Origin: Candidatus Hydrogenedentota bacterium
Lineage (GTDB): Bacteria > Hydrogenedentota > Hydrogenedentia > Hydrogenedentales > GCA-2746185
Assembly (NCBI GenBank): GCA_046583315.1
Contig: JAYGCN010000059.1
Span: 1-11,826 of the forward strand
DNA length: 11,826 nucleotides
Direction: 5' to 3'
Notes under the pieces: model-generated
Database searches by the model: none
Told to the model about the DNA's origin: nothing
The model's input: the letters and a program-made list of their open reading frames with translations, nothing else
Shown here: piece by piece, positions 1-8,333 of the stretch
Layout of the letters: each line of letters starts with the position of its first letter
Numbering within the stretch: the first letter of the stretch is position 1
Translations under genes and position numbers: made by a program

Positions 1-1
1 G

Positions 2-865
2 CAAATCACTCGTATAATCGTTGATCACCAGAACGGCACAGTCTGCCGGAATAGATGCATTCTCCGAGGTCAGTAGCAGCTTGTCCACGTCATACGATTC
101 ATGCTGCAACAAGGCTTTGAATAAATGCCCGCCGTTCACCTGATCCTCTGCATCAATGTCGCGACCACCGTGACCATCCAAGAAATAGACTTTGGGGATG
201 GTGTTTCGGGATACGTTTATCAGTGCGTTGGTGAATTCGCGCTCTTCCAGTCGCGAAGTCACCTTGGTCAATGGGATTTCTTTTTGTCGGGATCGGGAAC
301 GCAGAATCACCGTGCCGACATTCTGGATGGGTTGACGCAGCACCTTGAGCGCTTCCATCTGCGCCAAATCCTTTTGCGAATCCAGCACTTCGATGCTCAG
401 CAAATCCGTATACTGCTGGCACCGTTCCAGAAACTTGAGCGTCTTATCCTGCGCCAACACCGCACGTTGATCAGCGGCCTTGATAAACACACAAAAAGCC
501 TCCACCGGCTCCGTCAAACTTTCGAGCATCTGTATCGTCTGCGGGGCCAATTCACGCCGCCCTTCTTGCGTAAGATCGTATGAGATGTCCGAGCGTTTCA
601 GATAAGCATAGATCGTTATTGCGGCAACCAACACAGCGATAGAAGCGATAACGGTATTAAAGGCGTAGGGTGTCGAATGCTGACTTTGCGCGCGGAAGGT
701 GCCCACCAAATACAATACAAACCAGATAAGCCCTGACACGACGAAGGTCGCCAGCCCGTAAAGCACACTCGCGGTAAATACAGAGTCCCGTACCAGCATC
801 AGATTCAGCGACACCAGCAGTGCCACTATTGCCACAATTCCCAGTGTCGTTCGTACCTTCTTCAT
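2..865 (-). CDS. GldG-like ABC transporter auxiliary protein (ABC_transp_aux/GIFT-type domain); 3' end truncated by the window edge
   Basis: Not in the ORF track because its stop lies outside the window. Manual translation from ATG 865 is open to the edge: MKKVRTTLGIVAIVALLVSLNLMLV...IYAYLKRSDISYDLTQEGRRELAPQTIQMLESLTEPVEAF...EEREFTNALINVSRNTIPKVYFLDGHGGRDID...IPADCAVLVINDYTSDL. It has about three N-terminal hydrophobic segments and the GldG-family motifs DLT-x5-L-x2-T-x3-L, E-x2-FT-x-AL, KVYFLxGHG and IPxD-x2-VLVI. SD GGAGGAG lies upstream, and the gene starts 2 nt after the permease stop. Confidence 0.88.
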   Translation of the reverse strand, partial: MKKVRTTLGIVAIVALLVSLNLMLVRDSVFTASVLYGLATFVVSGLIWFVLYLVGTFRAQSQHSTPYAFNTVIASIAVLVAAITIYAYLKRSDISYDLTQEGRRELAPQTIQMLESLTEPVEAFCVFIKAADQRAVLAQDKTLKFLERCQQYTDLLSIEVLDSQKDLAQMEALKVLRQPIQNVGTVILRSRSRQKEIPLTKVTSRLEEREFTNALINVSRNTIPKVYFLDGHGGRDIDAEDQVNGGHLFKALLQHESYDVDKLLLTSENASIPADCAVLVINDYTSDL

Positions 866-867
866 CC

Positions 868-1698
868 TTAACTCCTCCACTTTCGCGTTTCAAGTGATCG
901 AAACGTGAGGAACAAGAAGAATCCGATGAACAGGAAATAGTAGGCGACGTCCGCTGGCTGGAAAATACCCTGGGCCATCTGCCGGGCATGCGCATCGATA
1001 GGCAATTCGAGTGCAATCGACTGAATACCGCCGTGCACAACGGTCACCACCGATCGTACACTCTCCGGCCAGGTCTCAGGAACGGTGATAGCATCTGGAA
1101 TCTTGTCAGAGAGAGTACCGATCATAAACAGAACGAAATACACGGCAAAGGTAACTGTGGCAGCCGTAATCTGCGTTTTGCACAGGGACGACACGAACAG
1201 GCCCATGCTCAGAAAGGCCGCGCCCATCAAGAAGAACGCAAGCAATCCGAACAGCAACACTTCTATCTCCACATCCACATAAAAATAAACGATCACCAGA
1301 TGAACACCGGTCGTAAGAATCATCAATCCGAGCATGGCGATGGCTGCAAAGTATTTTCCGAAGATGATGTCCCGATCACGCAAGGGGAGCGTATACAGCA
1401 TTTCGATCGTGCCCAGATTATGCTCCTCCGCAAGCAGTTTCATCGATATCAACGGGCCGATAAACATCATCATGAGACCGCAATAGACCATGTATTCGCT
1501 CAGGAAGGTTTCTTCGAAGTCGGGAATCGCAGCCAGTTCGTAATTCGCTGGTGTTTCCGTCATGAATCCGTACACGATAAACGAATAGGCAAAACCGAGC
1601 CCGGAAATCAATGCAAAGGCCCCCAGCACCACGTATCCAACCGGCGTGGAGAAGTACGATTTGAATTCGCGCTTAGCGATGATCCAGCTACTACCCAC
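868..1698 (-). CDS. ABC-2 type transporter permease (GldF-like)
   Basis: Motifs IAKREFKSYFSTPVGYVVL and SMKLLAEEHNLGTIEMLYTLP...IIFGKY, with about six TM segments. The likely start is GTG 1698, with GGAGG at 1709-1705; it overlaps the ATPase 3' end by 8 nt. The track start at 1746 is less likely. Confidence 0.92.
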   Translation of the reverse strand: MGSSWIIAKREFKSYFSTPVGYVVLGAFALISGLGFAYSFIVYGFMTETPANYELAAIPDFEETFLSEYMVYCGLMMMFIGPLISMKLLAEEHNLGTIEMLYTLPLRDRDIIFGKYFAAIAMLGLMILTTGVHLVIVYFYVDVEIEVLLFGLLAFFLMGAAFLSMGLFVSSLCKTQITAATVTFAVYFVLFMIGTLSDKIPDAITVPETWPESVRSVVTVVHGGIQSIALELPIDAHARQMAQGIFQPADVAYYFLFIGFFLFLTFRSLETRKWRS

Positions 1699-2416
1699 CA
1701 GCGACCTCCGCGTTCGTCGAAATCGATTCGATAAACAATTCTTCAAGCGTCTGCGACTTGGATAACTCCGAAAGTTTTTTCTCGGTAACGATTTTTCCCT
1801 CGTGCAGAATCATCACTCGATCACAGATCATCGAAACCTCGGGAAGAATATGGGTGCTCAGCAACACCGTGTGATCGTTCGCCAGATCCTTGATCATCTG
1901 TCGAATGCCCACGATCTGTTTCGGGTCCAGACCGACCGTCGGTTCATCCAGGATAAGGACTGGCGGGTTGCCCAATAACGCCTGCGCAAGACCCACACGC
2001 TGGCGATATCCTTTCGAAAGATTGCCGATGAGTCGAGATTCCATGTGCGACAGGCCACAGCGCTCCAAAACATCCGCCACTTCAGCACGACGTTTGGTGC
2101 GGCCAATGCCTTTGATTTCCGCGATATACATCAAATAACTCGAGACCACCATTTCAAGATAGAGTGGCACACTCTCGGGAAGATAGCCGATTCGCTTCTT
2201 CACTTCGAGGGCCTGGCGATGCACGTCAAAGCCCGCTACCGTTGCCGTGCCCGAGGTCGGCGGATGATACCCGGTCAATATGCGCATCGTGGTCGTCTTG
2301 CCCGCGCCATTGGGTCCAAGAAAACCCACGATTTCCCCCTGAGCAAGTTCAAATGAAATGTCGCGAACCGCCTCAAACGCTCCGTAGGTCTTGGTTAAGT
2401 GCTGGACATTGATCAC
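1691..2416 (-). CDS. ABC transporter ATP-binding protein (GldA-like)
   Basis: Walker A GPNGAGKTT, signature LSKGYRQRVG, Walker B VLILDEPT, H-loop STH. GTG start with GAGGTGAG upstream. 241 aa. Confidence 0.96.
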   Translation of the reverse strand: MINVQHLTKTYGAFEAVRDISFELAQGEIVGFLGPNGAGKTTTMRILTGYHPPTSGTATVAGFDVHRQALEVKKRIGYLPESVPLYLEMVVSSYLMYIAEIKGIGRTKRRAEVADVLERCGLSHMESRLIGNLSKGYRQRVGLAQALLGNPPVLILDEPTVGLDPKQIVGIRQMIKDLANDHTVLLSTHILPEVSMICDRVMILHEGKIVTEKKLSELSKSQTLEELFIESISTNAEVAGG

Positions 2417-2585
2417 GGGATACTCACCTCAGTTTCGAAACAACCGCACAGTGGCATAAAAGTACAGAAGCGGAAAAAAGTTCCCCTTTCCCCCTGCCTA
2501 TTAAGTCGGACACGCCTGGTGCCGATATTCCGTAAGTCTAAGCAAAGCACATGGTTTAACGCAAGCCGCAACCACTTTCGGGGAA

Positions 2586-2602
2586 TTGGCACGTAGTTTG
2601 CC
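2586..2602 (+). promoter_or_regulatory. sigma54 (RpoN) -24/-12 promoter
   Basis: TTGGCACGTAGTTTGCC matches TGGCAC-N5-TTGC exactly (GG 2588-2589, GC 2600-2601, 10-nt spacer). Predicted TSS is about 2613, about 45 nt before the small ORF. Confidence 0.75.
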
Positions 2603-2657
2603 TTAGCTTGGACACAAAAGTGACGCCGTTTGAGCCAGACTATGCCGAGAGGTTTAC

Positions 2658-2825
2658 ATGATGACTACGCAATGTTGCGTGTGCCGAAGATATCAAGTGA
2701 ACAAAAGCTGGAAACGCGTCGCCATCGTCGATTCCAGGATTAGTCACAGCTATTGTCCCCCATGCAAAGACAAAGTCATGAAGGAACTGGCTGAAAAAAG
2801 GAAGCCTACGCTGGCGAACCGATAA
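2658..2825 (+). CDS. Small (55 aa) putative zinc-binding protein with a CxxC...SHxxCxxC motif
   Basis: MMTTQCCVCRRYQVNKSWKRVAIVDSRISHSYCPPCKDKVMKELAEKRKPTLANR*. SD GAGAGG at 2647-2652 precedes ATG ATG (2658/2661), with a sigma54 promoter upstream and a hairpin 18 nt after the TAA. It is shorter than any ORF in the track. Confidence 0.8.
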   Translation: MMTTQCCVCRRYQVNKSWKRVAIVDSRISHSYCPPCKDKVMKELAEKRKPTLANR

Positions 2826-2843
2826 TATCCCCAAGCAATAAAT

Positions 2844-2876
2844 AACGGCCCTGCCACATTTCGTAGCAGGGCCGTT
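2844..2876. terminator. Intrinsic terminator of groEL, probably bidirectional
   Basis: Perfect 11-bp stem AACGGCCCTGC / GCAGGGCCGTT, extendable by 3 pairs on the minus strand, where ATTTATT follows. It lies between the convergent stops of the small ORF (2825) and groEL (2910). The plus-strand U-tract is weak. Confidence 0.85.
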
Positions 2877-2909
2877 CTCAGTTCATAGTGCAGGCTGGTT
2901 GGCGCTGAT

Positions 2910-4538
<1,629 letters not shown>

Positions 4539-4589
4539 TCAGTTTCCTTCACTCAATAGTCAGTTTCAGGTTTCGAGAATAAACAAGAC

Positions 4590-4877
4590 CTACTCGATGA
4601 CAGCCAAGACATCATCTTCGCGCATGATGATCAATTCCTCACCATCCACCTTGACTTCAGTGCCAGCATATTTACCCATCAAGATGCGATCGCCTTTCTT
4701 GATTTCCATGGCCTGATGCTTGCCGTTCTCATCAATGCGACCCTTGCCCGCAGCAATCACTTTGCCTTCTTGTGGTTTTTCTTTTGCCGAATCGGGGATA
4801 ATGATCCCGCCGCTAACGGTTTCTGAGGCTTCTTCACGCTTCACGAGAATACGGTCGCCTAGAGGACGAATCTTCAT
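4590..4877 (-). CDS. groS: Co-chaperonin GroES (Cpn10)
   Basis: [14 protein letters not shown]...[24 protein letters not shown]...KYAGTEVK...[12 protein letters not shown]. The real start is ATG 4877 (95 aa, SD AAAGGAAAG), not 4949. Confidence 0.99.
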   Translation of the reverse strand: MKIRPLGDRILVKREEASETVSGGIIIPDSAKEKPQEGKVIAAGKGRIDENGKHQAMEIKKGDRILMGKYAGTEVKVDGEELIIMREDDVLAVIE

Positions 4878-4991
4878 GGTACTTTCCTTTCCGGGAATGG
4901 CCCCGGTTTTAGACGGATATTCCGCCATGTTTGCTAAATTCCGGAACAAATGCCATATTGACAGGCCGTCGTTCCAAAGGAGGTTTCGTAC

Positions 4992-5020
4992 AATATATCA
5001 AATATAGGACCTTGATTCAA
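4992..5020 (-). promoter_or_regulatory. sigma70-type promoter of groESL
   Basis: Minus strand reads TTGAAT-17 nt-TATATT, with TGA directly before the -10 (extended -10). Predicted TSS is about 4985. Confidence 0.6.
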
Positions 5021-5076
5021 GCATTAATTAAACAACTAAACCGCCACAAAAACATAACTGCCATTTTGGCATACCA

Positions 5077-5103
5077 CTGTCACTTTGTACGAATGAGTGC
5101 CAA
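5077..5103 (-). promoter_or_regulatory. Degenerate CIRCE-like element (possible HrcA site)
   Basis: Minus strand TTGGCACTC-N9-AAGTGACAG versus consensus TTAGCACTC-N9-GAGTGCTAA: 8/9 and 5/9 matches with the correct spacer, upstream of groES. Confidence 0.35.
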
Positions 5104-5337
5104 AGAGTGTCCCAAAGACAAGGTTTCGGCCGTTATCAAAATTTTATCCTTCCTGCTTATATATCTAACTCCCTGCTGTAATTAACCTTAGCTATGGCCT
5201 CAGCAAACTCCAAAATCTTGATCTTTAAGCGAAAGACTGGCATAGTACCCACAAGTGCTTTGTAACGTTCGCATTCATTGCTCTTTACGGATATGCGAAC
5301 ACTCTGTCGACGTGTCATCGAACATGAAAGTTGGTGT

Positions 5338-6117
5338 ATGGAACAGTACGATTTAGATTCAGGTCAAGGGTTTGAACAAGTTGACGCCGATGCCGTGTGC
5401 CAGCAATGTGGCACCGTCAACGAAGAAGGCACGCTGCTTTGCAAGGTCTGCGGAAATAACCTGCGCGATCAAAGGAATCAGAGAATTGCTCAGGGCGCAG
5501 GACCAGAACTCATCGGAGACGGTCGAAGTAAATTTCAGATGCTCACCGGTCTGCTCGTCGCTTTCGGCATCCTGATTATTTTCTATGTCGTCTGGAATAT
5601 CGATAATTTCGAATCCATGTTAGTCGAATCACTTTCACAAACCAATGCCACGACCGACCGCAATGTTTGGACCGGTGGTAATGCGTCGATGTACGACGAG
5701 ATGTTGCTCGACCTCATCGAATTCCCGACGCCGGACAACGTTCGGCAGGCCGCATTGAGTAACCCTCAAATTGAAACGACCTACAACGGGCGCTACCTGC
5801 TTCTGTTTCCTGGCGAATTGGATGCCAGTCGAATCGTGGGCGAAGCCAATCTGCAACGCATCGGTGAGCGCATCCATTTCGTATTCAAGGCGAGCAACGG
5901 AGGCGCCGAAATTCGTGGTTATGCGATGTTGGAGTCGGTGGAGGAAGGTGAACTACCACACCCCATCGTTCGCCGTACGGCAGAAATCCAACTCGACGGT
6001 TTCAATTTTGACGGCATAGGCGTATCGACGCTGGCACCGGCGGGCGGCCATAACATCGTCGCCAAGCGTGACCACGACGACCAACAATGGGAAGTGCTCG
6101 CCTACCGCGTACCGTAG
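5338..6117 (+). CDS. Hypothetical single-pass membrane protein with an N-terminal zinc ribbon
   Basis: CQQCGTVNEEGTLLCKVCG (CxxC-x10-CxxC), then one TM helix (MLTGLLVAFGILIIFYVVWNI) and an acidic soluble C-terminal domain. The start is probably ATG 5338 (259 aa) but is uncertain. Confidence 0.85.
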   Translation: MEQYDLDSGQGFEQVDADAVCQQCGTVNEEGTLLCKVCGNNLRDQRNQRIAQGAGPELIGDGRSKFQMLTGLLVAFGILIIFYVVWNIDNFESMLVESLSQTNATTDRNVWTGGNASMYDEMLLDLIEFPTPDNVRQAALSNPQIETTYNGRYLLLFPGELDASRIVGEANLQRIGERIHFVFKASNGGAEIRGYAMLESVEEGELPHPIVRRTAEIQLDGFNFDGIGVSTLAPAGGHNIVAKRDHDDQQWEVLAYRVP

Positions 6118-6182
6118 CTACACACCAAACCGTTCGCACACCATTGGACCCAACTGCGGGCAAGAAAAGAGTACGTTCTATT

Positions 6183-7106
6183 ATGGCCGGGGGCTTCTTA
6201 TCGAAACTGAGAGATCGACTGGGCAAGACCCGCTCCGGGCTCGTCACCAATGTACGATCTGTTTTTCAAGGGCGAACCGCCTTTGACGATGACCTCTTCG
6301 AAGAGCTTGAAAGCGTACTGATACAGGCAGACCTCGGTGTCGAACTCGCTTTTTCCCTTGTCGAGGACATGCGTCAACTCGCCAAGGAAAAACGACTCTC
6401 CGATTCCGACGAACTCATGACACTGCTTCGACGAGAACTCACTGCGATTCTGGAGCCAGGCGATCACACCATGAGCTGGGATCACCATCAAGGCACCCAC
6501 GTCACACTCGTAGCCGGTGTCAACGGTGCCGGCAAAACAACCACCATCGGAAAACTCTCCGCCAGACTCAAGACGCAAGGAAAATCCGTGATTCTGGGTG
6601 CCGCAGACACCTTTCGGGCCGCAGCCGTGGAACAACTCGTCGTGTGGAGCGAACGCGCCGGAGCCGATATCGTCAAACATCAAAATGGGGCCGACCCTGC
6701 TGCCGTGGCTTTCGACGCAACCGAAGCCGCATTGGCACGCAAAACCGACATCCTGATTATCGACACAGCGGGTCGTCTTCATACCAAAGTAAACCTGATG
6801 GAAGAGCTGAGCAAGATTCAGCGCGTCATCAAAAAGTGCATTCCCGATGCGCCCCACGAAGTACTGCTCGTGCTCGACGCGACAACCGGCCAGAACGGAC
6901 TGCAGCAGGCGCTTCGATTCACCGAGTTAATCGACGTGACAGGAATCGTACTCACAAAACTCGATGGCACGGCCAAAGGCGGCATTGCATTCGCCATACA
7001 ACAGCAATTGGGTATCCCCATAAAATTCGTAGGAGTCGGTGAGGGCATTGAAGATTTACAACCCTTTGATCCGCACGAATTTGTTAGTGCACTATTCGAT
7101 TCATAA
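6183..7106 (+). CDS. ftsY: Signal recognition particle receptor FtsY (NG domain, no acidic A-domain)
   Basis: FLSKLRDRLGKTR amphipathic helix, LIQADLGV, GVNGAGKTTTIGKL, AADTFRAAAVEQL, DTAGRLHTKVNLMEEL, DATTGQN, TKLDGTAKGG, GVGEGIEDLQPF. Start ATG 6183, 307 aa. Confidence 0.98.
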   Translation: MAGGFLSKLRDRLGKTRSGLVTNVRSVFQGRTAFDDDLFEELESVLIQADLGVELAFSLVEDMRQLAKEKRLSDSDELMTLLRRELTAILEPGDHTMSWDHHQGTHVTLVAGVNGAGKTTTIGKLSARLKTQGKSVILGAADTFRAAAVEQLVVWSERAGADIVKHQNGADPAAVAFDATEAALARKTDILIIDTAGRLHTKVNLMEELSKIQRVIKKCIPDAPHEVLLVLDATTGQNGLQQALRFTELIDVTGIVLTKLDGTAKGGIAFAIQQQLGIPIKFVGVGEGIEDLQPFDPHEFVSALFDS

Positions 7107-7125
7107 GTGCTACTATGCGCTTATG
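7102..7125. other. Inverted repeat overlapping the ftsY stop codon
   Basis: CATAAGTGC-TACTAT-GCGCTTATG: a 9-bp stem with one U-G pair and no U-tract after it. Confidence 0.35.
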
Positions 7126-7156
7126 GGGAATGAAATAGCAGAGGGGGGAAAATAAC

Positions 7157-8188
7157 ATGGGATCATGTTTTGCATGCGGAGAAGACTTGCTGTCATGGGT
7201 TCGCCCATTCAATCCAATGCAGCTGGTCGGGTGCAAGAAATGCCTGAACCTTTCACTGCTTTCATGGGCGGAAGATACCGCAACAGTACAACCGCTCCCG
7301 GAGTGTCCGACATTAGGCACCTTAGCCCCCAGGGGTTCGGTCATGGCCGACATCATGAGCATCATACCGGAACTCATTCCAGAACTGCCGATCTTGGCAG
7401 AAATTCCACAGCGTGTCGTCGCGACTGTTCACGATCCCATCGCTTCGATTCAAGACGTTGTGCAAATTGTTGAAGAAGATGCTGTGCTTTCCACCAAGAT
7501 TCTCAGCGTCGCCAACAGTGCCTATTTTGCAACCGTCAGCGAGATAGGCGATCTATCCACCGCGTGCAGTCGACTCGGCATGCGTGCACTGGCGAACATT
7601 GCCCATACCGTGGCCAGTGCCAACCAATAGAAATCGCCGAACCCGCAAGCCCGTATGCTGATGGAGCGGTTATGGAAACATGCCGTCGCCACGGCCCACT
7701 GCACCGAGACCATCGCGACCACGGTAAATCTCGGCTCGAATCTCCCCTACATGGCAGGATTGATGCACGACATCGGTAAGGCCGTTATGGTCGATGCCAT
7801 CACGACACAATATACGGGGAACGTCGGGCGCCTCAAAGAAGCACCGGATGTATTGGCCAGAGCAATCGATCCTTTCGCGCCTCTGGTCGGCTTGCACGTT
7901 GCACAACACTGGAAACTTCAGGGCGAATTGCTCATAACAATATTTTACACGCAAGATCCCGACGCGACCGTTAGCGAAACATGCAAAACACTCGCTCACT
8001 GCGTACGACTCGCGAGCGATATGGCGGAGGCAAAAGGATATGGCGTGTCTGAAACCGCCCCAGAAATTGCGAACGACCACCCTTCAATCGAAAAACTCCG
8101 CATCATGCCAGAGCAGTTCGAAACGATGTCGGCAGACCTCGACGAGATACTCGACTCCGTCGTTGGCGCATACGGATCGCTGGGTTAG
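7157..8188 (+). pseudogene. Zinc-ribbon + HDOD domain protein, copy 1, interrupted by an in-frame TAG at 7628-7630 (pseudogene or sequencing error)
   Basis: Track ORFs 7157-7630 and 7655-8188 are in the same frame. HDOD motifs: LPIL, D-x2-LSTKILSVANSAYF, A-x2-RLG, LWKHA, YMAGLMHDIGK, HWKL, VRLASD. The TAG aligns with Tyr (NQYKS) in the paralog. Read-through length is 343 aa. Confidence 0.88.
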
Positions 8189-8333
8189 CCCTGTAAAACG
8201 CGAAATCTCAGGTAGAATAGACGCAGAACATGAGTTCGCCAGGTACCCTGTTTGATTCTCCAAACGGCGTGCGGCACAATACGCGGGTTAGGCCATCGAA
8301 AGGCACTGTCTGTAGCAAGGAGGAAGTATTCGC

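Larger units (their letters stand above)
4951..5120. promoter_or_regulatory. Array of 13-bp palindromic operator-like sites, TG(C/T)CA-N3-TG(G/A)CA
   Basis: TGCCATATTGACA at 4951-4963 and TGCCATTTTGGCA at 5059-5071 (perfect arms). Weaker copies: TGTCACTTTGTAC 5078-5090 and TGTCCCAAAGACA 5108-5120. Confidence 0.5.

Noticed and set aside
125..583. Plus-strand 152-aa ORF and other long antisense or alternative-frame ORFs (988-1734, 3864-4559, 6198-6857, 9593-10102 and others)
   Set aside because: They are shadows of well-supported genes on the opposite strand or in another frame, with no motifs of their own.
2640..2834. Minus-strand 64-aa ORF from the track, and an alternative plus-frame ORF from ATG 2642
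   Set aside because: Neither has an RBS or recognisable motif. The minus ORF lies behind the groEL terminator and is the antisense shadow of the better-supported 2658-2825 gene.
5011..5021. HspR HAIR element
   Set aside because: The ends resemble CTTGAGT...ACTCAAG, but the 7-nt spacer and full arms are absent.
4931..5185. 84-aa plus-strand ORF in the groES upstream region
   Set aside because: It overlaps promoter and operator elements in AT-rich DNA and has no protein-like features.
5066..5260. Additional sigma54-like TGGCA boxes (about 5067, 5102 on the minus strand, 5238; also 2452 and about 8270-8305)
   Set aside because: None has GC at the required 10-nt distance from the GG.
7628..7630. 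Amber recoding (pyrrolysine or reassigned TAG) in HDOD copy 1
   Set aside because: TAG is the normal stop of several intact genes here (ATPase, groES, the zinc-ribbon protein, the hydrolase). The position is Tyr (TAC) in the paralog, so a single substitution explains it.
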